Part shown: in pieces, positions 8,862 through 17,484 of the stretch | How the letters are laid out: every line of letters begins with the position of its first letter | Position numbering within the stretch: position 1 is the first letter of the stretch | Source: Pyrodictium abyssi | GTDB lineage: Archaea > Thermoproteota > Thermoprotei_A > Sulfolobales > Pyrodictiaceae | Length of the DNA stretch: 32,000 nt | Reading direction: 5' to 3' | Assembly: GCF_036323395.1 (NCBI RefSeq) | Contig: NZ_AP028907.1 | Location: forward strand, 1,740,001-1,772,000 | Position numbers and translations under genes: made by a program | The notes under the pieces: model-generated | What the model saw: only the letters and a program-made list of their open reading frames with translations | Database searches by the model: none | What the model was told of the DNA's origin: nothing

Positions 8862-9146
8862 CCTGGCCGATGAGAGGTGCCTGGGGCGCGTGGAGCCAAA
8901 TAGAAGCCTCTGCCTTTGTCGTTCGGAAGGAATTAGAGCCGCGTCTGCCGTGCTTAGAGCCTACGCGTTTCCTCAGGGGCTTCTCACGACACCTTCAGAG
9001 CCCTGCAATCGCTGGGGTCAGTCCCAGACGCGCTAAGTAGCACTAAGCCCGGCCAGCTGAGCTCTCCCGGGGGTATAAGGAGCAGAGACTGTGAGTGCAT
9101 GGGCTAGCTGCTGTGCTGCTGAGCGTGTTCACGGCGACCAGCTTTC

Positions 9147-9551
9147 TCAACGGCTAGTAGCTCGTACAGCTTGTCTATTCTCTTGTTTGTCTCCTCTGGC
9201 TAGCTGCTCGCGCGCCTCGTCTATGTGGCGGGAAAGCTCTTTGTATGCTACGTCTATCCTCTGGGATAGCTCCCTATGCATCATGTCCATCCCCTTATTG
9301 GTTTCATCGATACGCTTGTTAGTACCATCTATCCTTCCTTCTAGCGTCCCCATCCTCTCTAGTAGTTCTCTCCTCGTAGCTTCTATCCTCTCTCCTAGCT
9401 CTCTCCGGGTCTCGCGCAGCTCGTTGCACAGGAGGTCCAGGTAGAGCAGCAGTATTTCCTCCGTGGAGAGCTTCTTGCCCTTCTCGAGCTTCTTCACTAT
9501 CGCCTGTGATATCTGGCTCAACAGCGTCTGGAGGATAGTCTGCTCAGCCAA
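9147..9551 (-). CDS. Coiled-coil protein of unknown function
   Basis: 134-aa ORF with charged R/E/L-rich repeats (RETRRELGERIEATRRELLERM, RIDGTNKRIDETNKGMD, ELSQRIDVAYKELSRHIDEAREQL). No TM segment. Confidence 0.6.
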   Translation of the reverse strand: MAEQTILQTLLSQISQAIVKKLEKGKKLSTEEILLLYLDLLCNELRETRRELGERIEATRRELLERMGTLEGRIDGTNKRIDETNKGMDMMHRELSQRIDVAYKELSRHIDEAREQLARGDKQENRQAVRATSR

Positions 9552-9676
9552 GCGTCCAGGCCCCGCGTACCGTATACAGCGTCTCTACTGTCTTTAAGAT
9601 ACACTCTACCACGAGCACGAACAGCCGGGGAAAGAACCACGGAGAGACCGGTTCTCTAACAGAGGTACGGTAAGCC

Positions 9677-11137
9677 CTATTCTATGCCGAGGCTAGGCCA
9701 TATCTCGTCTATCCGCCTAGCCACCTCGGGGTCCGGTTCGACCTCCTGAGGCCAGGGGCGGCCCTGGTTCTCCTCCGGCAGCTTCCGGGTAGCATCTATG
9801 CCCAGCTTGCTCCCGTAGCCGGGCACCGGGGCTGCTGGGTCAAGGTGGTCGGTGTGGGTGTTGGGTACTACTAGTACGTCGCGCTGGGGGTCTACGTTGG
9901 CCGAGACCGCCCAGATCACCTGGTTCAGGTCGTGCACGTCTATGTCGTGGTCCACCACGATTATTGTCTTCGTGAGCGCCATCTGGCCGAGGCCCCACAG
10001 GGCCATCATGACCTTCTTAGCGTGGCCGGGGTAGCGCTTCCTTATCGAGACTATCGCCATGCCCTGGAAGACGCCGTACTCTGGCAGGTTGATGTCCACT
10101 ATCTCGGGGAGGAGCATCCGGAGCACGGGGAGGAAGACCCTCTCGACAGCCTTGCCTATAGCCGCGTCCTCCATCGGCGGCTTCCCGACCACGGTGCCGA
10201 CGTAGATGGGGTCGCGGCGCATCCAGATACGCTCCACGGTCATGACGGGGAACCGGTGGACTGGCTCGTCGTAGTAGCCCCAGTGGTCCCCGAAGGGGCC
10301 CTCTGGGGCCTCCCGGCCGGGCTCCACGTAGCCCTCCACCACTACCTCGGCAGATGCCGGGACGTGTATCCCGGAGGGGAGCCGGTAGACCTCGACCCCC
10401 CGGCCGGCCATGAAGCCCGCGAAGAGCAGCTTGTCCATGGGGTAGGGCACCGGCATGACCCCGGTGAGCATTGTGGCCGGGTCGGAGCCTATCACTATCG
10501 CTACTGGTAGCCTCTCCTCCCCCTGCTCGGCCGCAGACAGGTAGGCGTGGCGGCCCCGCTTGTGGAGCTGCCAGTGCACCACCGCCTCACGGGGCCCCCG
10601 GAGCATGACGCGGTACACGCCTATGTTGGTGACACCCCTCTCAGGGTCCACCGTGTAGACCTGGCCGAAGGTTATGTAGCGGCCCCCGTCCCGAGGCCAC
10701 GTCTTGAACACCGGGAGCTTCTCGAGGCTAGCCTCCCCGCCCTCGAGCACAATGTCCTCAAACGCCGCCCTCCTAGCCCGGCGGGGCGTATAACGGCCCA
10801 CGTCTAGCACGTCGCGGAGGCTGCGGAGCTTCTCCCCCAGGGTGAGGGGCGGGGCGCGGGCCGTGAGCGAGACTAGGCGCTCCCCGATGTCCTCGAGCCG
10901 GTCAACGCCGAGCGCCAGCCTTATCCTGTCCAGTGTGCCGAAGAGGTTCCCAGCCACCCGCCAGCCGGGGTACCCCTTCACGTTCTCGAAGAGGAGCGCG
11001 GGGCCCCGGCGCTGCATCACGCGGCGGAGTACCTCGGGTATCTCGAGCACCGGGCTCAGCTCGGCCCGGACGCGGCGGAGCTGGCCCCTCTCCTCCAGGG
11101 CTTCTAGGAAGCCTCGTAGGTCCTGGAAGGCTGCCAC
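9677..11137 (-). CDS. ubiD: UbiD-family (prenyl-FMN-dependent) decarboxylase
   Basis: 486-aa ORF with the family-typical N-terminus DLRGFLEALEERGQLRRV and full-length UbiD-like organisation. The start overlaps the upstream K+ channel gene by 34 nt. Confidence 0.9.
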   Translation of the reverse strand: MAAFQDLRGFLEALEERGQLRRVRAELSPVLEIPEVLRRVMQRRGPALLFENVKGYPGWRVAGNLFGTLDRIRLALGVDRLEDIGERLVSLTARAPPLTLGEKLRSLRDVLDVGRYTPRRARRAAFEDIVLEGGEASLEKLPVFKTWPRDGGRYITFGQVYTVDPERGVTNIGVYRVMLRGPREAVVHWQLHKRGRHAYLSAAEQGEERLPVAIVIGSDPATMLTGVMPVPYPMDKLLFAGFMAGRGVEVYRLPSGIHVPASAEVVVEGYVEPGREAPEGPFGDHWGYYDEPVHRFPVMTVERIWMRRDPIYVGTVVGKPPMEDAAIGKAVERVFLPVLRMLLPEIVDINLPEYGVFQGMAIVSIRKRYPGHAKKVMMALWGLGQMALTKTIIVVDHDIDVHDLNQVIWAVSANVDPQRDVLVVPNTHTDHLDPAAPVPGYGSKLGIDATRKLPEENQGRPWPQEVEPDPEVARRIDEIWPSLGIE

Positions 11138-12201
11138 TGCTCCCGAGCCCCCTGCTCTGACCCGCTGGGCTGCTGGGCCTCCTGCGCGGCCGGCGTGCTG
11201 GGGACCACGACTACCAGTACGTCGTCGCGCTCTATTACCATGTCGTCGTCCGGGTTGGCTATGAGGCGGCCCTGCCTCCGGAGAGCCACCGGGGTCATCC
11301 CCTTGCGCCGTAGCTCCAGCAGTACGTCGATGTAGCGTCTCCCGGCGTAGGGGCCGGCCGGCATCTCGTGCAGCTCTATGGGCCTCTCCTCGGCCCTCGA
11401 TATGTTCTCGACGAACATAGCCGCGCCGGGCTCTAGGAGGCTAGCCGCCAGCATCCTGCCGCCGAGGTCCCGGGTCGGCACCACTATGTCCGCGCCGGCC
11501 TTGTGTAGTAGCTCGACGTTCTCTGGGTGCAGGGCCTCGGCAACTATCCTCGCGCTCGCGTTCAGCCCGCGCACAGCGAGGACAACCAGCACGGTCTTGG
11601 CGTCGTCGTTGGTGCTCACCATCACCATGTTCGCGCGGGGCACGTTGGCCCGTAGCAGCGTGTCGCGGCGCGTCGGGTCGCCGCGGACGATGGTTATGCC
11701 CCCGATGTCTATCTGCCTCATGACCGCCGCCGGCTTCTCGGTGACGAGTACTATGTCGCCGCTGTAGCCGCGGCCCCGTAGCTCCCTTATCGCCGCCTCG
11801 CTGGCCGGAGTCCAGCCTATCACGACTACGTGGCGGACGCCACGGTACCTTATGTAGCCCTGCCTCCTCCTCTCAGCAGCCTCCACTATCGTGCCGGCCG
11901 CGACCGACACTAGGGCCGTGTACACGGCTATACCCGAGACTATGGTGAGCATCGCTATTGCTCTCCCAGCCCCCGTGGAGGGCACTATGTCCCCGTAGCC
12001 CACAGTAGTCATCGTGACCAGAGCCCAGTAGAGCCCCGTGACCGGGTCGACCCCCTCCACGAGGGAGAACGAGAGCCCGGAGATGAACCAGACGACCACG
12101 GCTATCAGGGCTATGTCGAATATTACGTTGCGCTGGAGCTGCCTAGCGATACGGTGCACTAGCCTCCTAGCCAGGCTAAGCACGGCTGCTAGTAGCGACA
12201 A
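11104..12201 (-). CDS. RCK-domain-gated potassium channel (MthK/Kch-like)
   Basis: 365-aa ORF. Two TM helices flank a pore helix carrying the selectivity filter TTVGYGD. A Rossmann-type RCK/TrkA-N domain (HVVVIGWTPASEAAIREL) and a TrkA-C-like domain follow. Confidence 0.9.
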   Translation of the reverse strand: MSLLAAVLSLARRLVHRIARQLQRNVIFDIALIAVVVWFISGLSFSLVEGVDPVTGLYWALVTMTTVGYGDIVPSTGAGRAIAMLTIVSGIAVYTALVSVAAGTIVEAAERRRQGYIRYRGVRHVVVIGWTPASEAAIRELRGRGYSGDIVLVTEKPAAVMRQIDIGGITIVRGDPTRRDTLLRANVPRANMVMVSTNDDAKTVLVVLAVRGLNASARIVAEALHPENVELLHKAGADIVVPTRDLGGRMLAASLLEPGAAMFVENISRAEERPIELHEMPAGPYAGRRYIDVLLELRRKGMTPVALRRQGRLIANPDDDMVIERDDVLVVVVPSTPAAQEAQQPSGSEQGAREQWQPSRTYEAS

Positions 12202-12294
12202 GGCCTCCAGAAACCCCGGCCAAGACGCTATACCAGCAGCCCCCGGGGGCCCATTAAGGGTTAGCGCCCCTCCCCCGGGGCCCCTGGGGGCGCG

Positions 12295-13728
12295 CTAGCC
12301 GGCCCCCAGACGTTCTAGCCAGCGGCCATAGACCCGTAGCGCCCAGAGGGCGCGGGCCGCCCGGGCCTCGCTGGGGTAGACGGGTACCCCCGCTACCTGC
12401 TCTAGCCTCCGGGCTATGCTCCAGGCCCGGGCGCCGCCCGTCACCGAGGCTACTACCGGTATCCCGGGGTTCTCGCGGATCACCTCGGCTATCTTCTCGG
12501 GCAGCTCCCCGGTTATCCCGGAGAGGTTGAAGTAGGGTATGAGGAGCACCGCGTCGGCCTCACCGCTCTCGAGGACTACGCGCAGGCTCTCGACCATGTG
12601 CTCGTCGACCGCCGAGCCGGTCACGTCTACCGGGTTCCGGGGGCTGGCTATCGGGAGGAGGACGCGGCGCAGCCGGGCCTGTGTACGCTCGCTGAGCTCC
12701 GGCACCTGGAGCCCCAGCTCGCTGAGCTCGTCGGAGGCCATAACGCCGCTCCCGCCGCCCACGGTTATCACGGCCACCCGGTCGCCCCTCATAGGGGGCT
12801 GGAGGGCCAGCGCCAGGGCGAGGTCGAACATCTCCTCCGGGCTACGGGCAGGCACCACCCCGGTCTGGCGGAACACGGCCTGGTAGACCTGGTAGCTGCC
12901 CGCCAGGCTCCCCGTGTGGCTCGCCGCAGCCCGGGCCCCGGCCTCGCTACGCCCCGCCTTCAGCGCCACCACCGGCTTCACCGGCGTAGTCTCCTCGAGC
13001 GCCCGGCGCAGCCGCCGCCCGTCCTCCACCCCCTCTATGTAGAGGGCTATGCTGCGGGTCTCCGGGTCCCGGCGGAGGAACGCTAGCAGGTCCGCCTCGT
13101 CCACGTCGGCCTTGTTCCCGACGCTCACGAAGCGGCTGACACCCAGGCCCCGGGCCTCGGCCCAGTCGAGCACAGCCGCGCCCAGCGCCCCGCTCTGGCT
13201 GATGAACGCGATGGGCCCCGGCCCCGGCAGCCCCTGCCTCTCGGGGTCGAAGAAGGTCGCGTTCACGCCCGTCGAGGGCGAGTACACGCCTATACAGTTG
13301 GGGCCCACCAGGCGCAGCCCGTAGCGCCGCGCAGTCTCTACCAGCCTCTTCTCCAGCTCGGCCCCCGCCGGCCCCACCTCCCGGAACCCAGCGCTGAGCA
13401 CGACCACGCCGCGCAGCCCGCGGCGCCCAGCCTCCTCCACCACCCGGGGCACCGCCCGCGCCGGGACCGCGACCACTGCGAGGTCCACGGGGTCCGGTAC
13501 CTCTAGGAGGCTAGGGTAGGCCGGCAGCCCGAGGATCTCCCTGGCACGGGGGTTGACAGGGTAGACCGGGCCCTGGTACATCGACTTGAGGTTCCGCAGC
13601 ACCGTGTAGCCAACCTTCCCCGGGACACGGGACGCGCCCACAACGGCTACGCCCCGGGGCCGGAAGAACACCTCAACGCCCTCGCCGACAGGTGGACGGC
13701 TAGACTGCAAGACCAGTACACTCCCCAT
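12295..13728 (-). CDS. ADP-forming acetyl/acyl-CoA synthetase, alpha subunit (CoA-binding plus succinyl-CoA-ligase-like domains)
   Basis: 477-aa ORF containing FFRPRGVAVVGASRVPGKVGYTVLRNL, VYPVNPRAREILGLPAYPSL, ISQSGALGAAVLDWA and AASHTGSLAG (phosphohistidine loop). A TATA-like CTATAG lies only 5-12 nt before the ATG at 13728, so an in-frame TTG at 13710 may be the real leaderless start. Confidence 0.9.
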   Translation of the reverse strand: MGSVLVLQSSRPPVGEGVEVFFRPRGVAVVGASRVPGKVGYTVLRNLKSMYQGPVYPVNPRAREILGLPAYPSLLEVPDPVDLAVVAVPARAVPRVVEEAGRRGLRGVVVLSAGFREVGPAGAELEKRLVETARRYGLRLVGPNCIGVYSPSTGVNATFFDPERQGLPGPGPIAFISQSGALGAAVLDWAEARGLGVSRFVSVGNKADVDEADLLAFLRRDPETRSIALYIEGVEDGRRLRRALEETTPVKPVVALKAGRSEAGARAAASHTGSLAGSYQVYQAVFRQTGVVPARSPEEMFDLALALALQPPMRGDRVAVITVGGGSGVMASDELSELGLQVPELSERTQARLRRVLLPIASPRNPVDVTGSAVDEHMVESLRVVLESGEADAVLLIPYFNLSGITGELPEKIAEVIRENPGIPVVASVTGGARAWSIARRLEQVAGVPVYPSEARAARALWALRVYGRWLERLGAG

Positions 13729-14066
13729 ACACTATAGCCGCCTCCATAGGGGAAAAGAGGGCTCCGCCGCCGACCCGTAGAGAAGCAGGCTCCAGGACCG
13801 GGCTGCCGGGGGCCAGGCGCGCCCGCTAGCTCCTTGGAGTGGCAAGGCCCCCGGGGGCTGTCTGGTGCCATCTACATGCCGTCCCCTCGGGCTGTAGCCC
13901 CCGGGGGACCGTGAGCCTGGTGTAGGTGCTCTAGCAGCTCTACTGGCTCCTATACCGGGTGCCGCCGGGCCTCCTCCGCCAAGGCCTTCTACGAGGGCGC
14001 CCCACGGGGCCCGGGGATACCTATGTTTCGGTATATTCGCTACGCTACCTCCGGGTGGCGGCTCGG

Positions 14067-14342
14067 GTGGTTAGGGTTAAGACAACAAGTATCTACGTGG
14101 ACCGCGACTTGTGGAAGAGGTTTAGAGACTATGCTAGGAGGAAGGGTATAGAGGCCTCTAGGCTACTAGAGGAGCTCATGCTAGAGGCTATGCTGGAAGA
14201 GGAGGTTCTAAGAGCCCTAGAGGCCCTGGAGGAAAAACCACTCCTAGAGCTCGACTTCGAGCCCGTAGAGCCCCGAGGAGGCACAGTGAGCGAGCTGGTC
14301 AGGGAGACGAGGGATGAGCAGGCCAATAGTATATCTCGATAG
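14067..14342 (+). CDS. vapB: Ribbon-helix-helix (CopG/VapB-type) antitoxin
   Basis: The track ORF 13959-14342 is trimmed to the in-frame GTG at 14067, about 30 nt after TATA-like GGTATATTCG. TSIYVDRDLWKRFRDYARRKGIEASRLLEELM is an RHH pattern. The 3' end overlaps the following PIN reading frame by 29 nt. Confidence 0.7.
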   Translation: MVRVKTTSIYVDRDLWKRFRDYARRKGIEASRLLEELMLEAMLEEEVLRALEALEEKPLLELDFEPVEPRGGTVSELVRETRDEQANSISR

Positions 14343-14844
14343 CAGCGCTATAGTCGGGAGGCACGTCCTCGAGCCCGGTAGCCGGTACGTCAGAAGCATA
14401 TACGCACGAGCCTACGGGGGCGAGGCCAAAATCTCGTTCAGCGTATGGAACATCGGAAAGGTGCTGGGAGCCCCGGGACCGGGCTAGAGGGCCAGGGCAG
14501 ACTAGACGAGGAGGCGTGTAGAACTGCTAGGAGGAGGTTCATCGGCGAAACCCGGAGGATGGCGAGAACCGGAACACTCATCCTGGTCCCAGTCACCCCC
14601 AAGGATCCTCCGAGAAGCCTGGAGTGTAACCGAGGAGCACCACGTCTACGCCGCAGACGCCCTACAGGTAGCCTCGGCCAAGCACATCGGGGCAGCAGGG
14701 CTCGCCACCAGGGACCAGAGGCTCCACGAGGCAGCATCAGCCGAGGGCCTCAGAAGCACGCCCCCTCCCCCTAGCCGGGGCAAACGGACCGGCACAGCCC
14801 CCGGGCAGCCTCCTCCCGGGTGGCCACCGCTGCTAGGCTCATAG
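14314..14844 (+). pseudogene. vapC: PIN-domain vapC toxin gene disrupted by two compensating frameshifts
   Basis: The frame-1 N-terminus MSRPIVYLDSSAIV...WNIGKVLGA runs into a TAG at 14485-14487. The middle part GRLDEEACRTARRRFIGETRRMARTGTLILVPVTPK is readable only in frame 0. The C-terminal part ILREAWSVTEEHHVYAADALQVASAKHIGAAGLATRDQRL is back in frame 1. The shifts map to about 14480-14484 and 14596-14605, both at short homopolymer runs. Confidence 0.7.
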
Positions 14845-15073
14845 CCACGCTATCATCCGCCAGCGCCATCGGCCCTGGTAGCCGGTGCGCGCCGTGTATG
14901 CTTACGGGCCGGCTTGGCGCCTGCTGTACGGTGAACGCCCACGTTGGGGCCCCATGGGGGTTTGGCGAGACGCCTCAGAGGCGCCCGGGGGCCGGGTAGC
15001 CGGGCATGGTAGACCCGGGGGCTGAGCTTAACTAGGTGTACCGTGCAGTACTACCGGTGGGTGCTACCTGGGC

Positions 15074-15307
15074 TTGTCTGTCGTCGTGAGCTTCAAGGTT
15101 AGGAGAGAAGTAAAGGAGCTTATGGACAAGTACCGTGACAGGGTCAACTGGGCTGAGGAGCTCCGGAGGTTCGTCGAGGAGAAGATCCGGCAGCTCCGGG
15201 CCGAGGAGAACCTGGCCGAGATACTAGAGGAGCTCAGGAAAGCCGGGTGGAGCGTACCCAAGGGCTTCTCAGTGAAGAGTGTGAGGGAGGACCGTGATAG
15301 CCGTTGA
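15074..15307 (+). CDS. vapB: VapB-type antitoxin (small archaeal type)
   Basis: 77-aa ORF. VSFKVRREVKELMDKYRDRVNWAEELRRFVEEKI resembles the small archaeal antitoxins found upstream of PIN genes. It overlaps the downstream PIN ORF by 14 nt. Confidence 0.7.
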   Translation: MSVVVSFKVRREVKELMDKYRDRVNWAEELRRFVEEKIRQLRAEENLAEILEELRKAGWSVPKGFSVKSVREDRDSR

Positions 15308-15692
15308 TGCCTCCGCCATCGTGGCCTTCTTCCTACGCGAAGAGGGCTGGGAGAAGCTAGCAGAGTACATGCGTGAGACAGTATCCCTAGACCTCGTCGT
15401 GAAGGAGTTCTACAACGCTGTCTGGAAGGCGGTACGCCTCCACAGGCTAGGCCCCGACGACGCCGAGAAAGCTCTAGCACTCTTCAGGAAGTACGTCGAC
15501 GGGAACATGGTCCTGAGGAACGAGCTAGACTACGTGGACAAGGGGTTCAGGATAGCCCTCGAAGAGGGCATAACCGTCTACGACGCCCTATACATAGCCC
15601 TAGCCCTTGAAGAGTCCACACCCCTACTAACACTAGACAGCAGGCAGAGGCACATAGCACAGAAATACGGCATAGCAGTACTCCCGCCCTAG
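15294..15692 (+). CDS. vapC: PIN-domain ribonuclease toxin VapC
   Basis: 132-aa ORF with the PIN acidic residues in the expected contexts: IAVDASAIVAF, VYDALYIALAL and LLTLDSRQ. Confidence 0.85.
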   Translation: MIAVDASAIVAFFLREEGWEKLAEYMRETVSLDLVVKEFYNAVWKAVRLHRLGPDDAEKALALFRKYVDGNMVLRNELDYVDKGFRIALEEGITVYDALYIALALEESTPLLTLDSRQRHIAQKYGIAVLPP

Positions 15693-16019
15693 ACCCCGCC
15701 AAGACAGAACCCGGAGCCCCAGACAGAGCACAGGCACGATACAGCCACCACCTCTAGCCCCGCTTCCGGGCCCCCAGGGCAGCCTCCCGGCTACAGCCGC
15801 CCGGGGGGCAGGCAGCAGCTCGGCGCCACCGGGGCCACCCGGGCCCGCCGGAGCCACCGCCGCACACACCGGTAACGTTCCCGGCGCCCCTGGCAGCTCC
15901 GAGAAGCCCCGAGCAACCCCCTGCCTAGAGCCAGAACCCATGCAGGAATCCTCCTGGGAGAAGAGTGTCTGCCCCCAGGGCGGTGCTCTCCGGCTGTGCC
16001 ATGGGCCGGGGCCCGGGAG

Positions 16020-16043
16020 ACACGTAGACATGTATACACGTAG
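16020..16043 (+). promoter_or_regulatory. Direct repeat ACACGTAG x2 (16020-16027 and 16036-16043) overlapping a TATA-like GTATAC; candidate promoter/operator of the third vapBC pair
   Basis: Two exact 8-mers 16 nt apart, ending 3 nt before the ATG at 16046. RHH antitoxins commonly autoregulate through repeats in their own promoters. Confidence 0.35.
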
Positions 16044-16045
16044 TA

Positions 16046-16339
16046 ATGTTTATCGCCGGGATGCGCTCCAAGGCCCCCTCCCGGGGGACCCTGTTGCCTA
16101 GGTACACGACTATCCGGGTCTCTGTCGAGGACAAGAAGAGACTCGAGAGGCTAGCCAGGCTCATGGGGTGGAGCCTTAGCGAGGCCCTAAGACACGCCAT
16201 AGAGGTGGCCGAGAGGGAGCTTCTAGAGAAGCACCGGAGCGACCTCAACGCCGTACTAGACTCGCTACGGCATGCCCGGGACCTGGGGGAGACCAGCGCC
16301 GAGGAGCTAGATAGGCTCCTCTACGGTGAAGCTGAGTGA
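16046..16339 (+). CDS. vapB: Ribbon-helix-helix (CopG-family) antitoxin
   Basis: 97-aa ORF. TTIRVSVEDKKRLERLARLMGWSLSEALRHAIEVAE is an RHH pattern. The stop overlaps the next start in the sequence GTGA. The start may instead be the ATG at 16061. Confidence 0.8.
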   Translation: MFIAGMRSKAPSRGTLLPRYTTIRVSVEDKKRLERLARLMGWSLSEALRHAIEVAERELLEKHRSDLNAVLDSLRHARDLGETSAEELDRLLYGEAE

Positions 16340-16830
16340 CAGTCTTAGTAGACACCGGCGTCTTCTTCGCATACTATAGCCTGAGAGACAAGTACCACAT
16401 GGACTCCGTGGCACTGGTAATCCACATGGCGGAGGGGAGGTGGGGGAGAGCGTACATCACGAGCCACGTACTCGACGAGACGCTCAACATCCTAAAGTAC
16501 AGGGTGTCGAGCAGCACCGCCCAGGCGTTCATAGAGGCCTTCATAGACCGGGGCATAGTACGCGTAATCCACGCCGACAGGGAGACCGAGGAGGAGGCGC
16601 TGAAGCTGTTCCGGGAGAACATCGGCAGGAGGGGCTTCAGCTACACCGACGCAGTGACAGTAGCCACCGCTAGGAGGTACGGCATAACACACCTCCTATC
16701 CTACGACGTCAGGTCGTTCACCGGCCTAGTAGAGAAAATCACCGGCCCAGGCTACTGGGACACCCTGCCAAGCCAGGAGAAAGACAGGATACTCGGGCTA
16801 CTAAGACAGCGCAGAAAGAGGCACACCTAG
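16336..16830 (+). CDS. vapC: PIN-domain ribonuclease toxin VapC
   Basis: 164-aa ORF with VLVDTGVFFAYY, SHVLDETLN, SYTDAVTVATA and LLSYDVRSF in PIN-typical order. Confidence 0.85.
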   Translation: MTVLVDTGVFFAYYSLRDKYHMDSVALVIHMAEGRWGRAYITSHVLDETLNILKYRVSSSTAQAFIEAFIDRGIVRVIHADRETEEEALKLFRENIGRRGFSYTDAVTVATARRYGITHLLSYDVRSFTGLVEKITGPGYWDTLPSQEKDRILGLLRQRRKRHT

Positions 16831-16962
16831 AGCCCAAACCCGCCCCCGCGCGGCAGCCCAGCCCGGTCAGCGTCTTGCCCTCACGCCGCGGAGCCGGGGC
16901 CGGTGCCAGGCTCCCGGGGACGATTGCGGCCCGTGGCTGATGCAAGGTTGTCTAGGGCCGCG

Positions 16963-17417
16963 GATGAAGCCCCCTACGGGGCAGGCTCGTCCTCGACGCT
17001 AGCGTGCTGATAGAGATCCTAGCCGGGAGCAAGCCCGCCGCAGCACTCGTAGACTCCATAGTATCCGGCGAAGCCGAGGCATACGCTACGAGGCTCGGGC
17101 TCACAGAGGCGCTCCACGTGACGTGCAGGCTCTGGGGCTAGGAGAAGGCGCAGGAGAGGATACAGGCCCTCATAGACTCCGGGATGGCCACGATAATCGA
17201 GGACGAGGAGGTATGGAGCCTCGCGGCGAGCTGCAAGTGCAGAATACCCATAAGCCTAGGAGACTGCTACACGCTCGCAGCAGCCAAGAGGTACAGGCTC
17301 AGACCCCTCTTCCTAAAACCCGAGAAAGAGCTGCTAGAGAGCGCCGAGAGGATAAGACAGTGGCTAGACGGGGACCCCGAGTACCTCACCCCACCGCCCC
17401 CACGTAGCTCCGGCTGA
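16963..17417 (+). pseudogene. vapC: Decayed PIN-domain vapC gene (two frameshifts plus an in-frame TAG), with no cognate antitoxin ORF
   Basis: ATG at 16963 (frame 1, MKPPTG), then RLVLDASVLIEILAGSKPAA in frame 2, then ALVDSIVSGEAEAYATRLGLTEALHVTCRLWG-TAG(17139-17141)-EKAQERIQALIDSGMATIIEDEEVWSLAASCKCRIPISLGDCYTLAAAKRY in frame 0, ending at the TGA at 17415-17417. Confidence 0.65.
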
Positions 17418-17471
17418 CAGAACCCAGGCCAGAGAGTATTGAAGCAGCGCCACAACGGTAGAAGAGCGCAC

Positions 17472-17482
17472 AGGAGGAGGGG
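17472..17482 (+). promoter_or_regulatory. Shine-Dalgarno-like AGGAGGAGGGG
   Basis: Purine-rich GGAGG-containing block ending 3 nt before the TTG at 17485. Confidence 0.45.
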
Positions 17483-17484
17483 CC

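Noticed and set aside
8880-9080. Possible tRNA, RNase P RNA or SRP RNA (GAGCTCAGCTGG and GAGGAAAC on the minus strand; GTTCGGAAGGAA on the plus strand)
   Set aside because: I could not build a cloverleaf: there is no T-arm GTTCRANYC and no matching acceptor stem. The P4 strands are not complementary. The SRP helix-8 AGCA loop is absent. Only a covariance-model scan could revive this.
9932-10510. 192-aa + strand ORF (and neighbours at 9852-10034, 10547-11264)
   Set aside because: They are antisense to the well-supported UbiD gene. Their His/Pro/Gly/Arg-rich products are typical of G+C-rich antisense frames.
15804-15818. 15-nt exact repeat GGGGGCAGGCAGCAG, also at 19026-19040; possible island boundary repeat
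   Set aside because: A single 15-mer match in 32 kb of G+C-rich DNA is about what chance predicts. The flanks do not extend the match, and the positions do not bracket a coherent unit.
15633-16248. Minus-strand ORFs of 82-132 aa between the second and third vapBC pairs
   Set aside because: Their products are Gly/Pro/Arg-rich. They overlap the RHH gene and each other. The T-poor + strand (A-poor minus strand) makes stop codons rare here.
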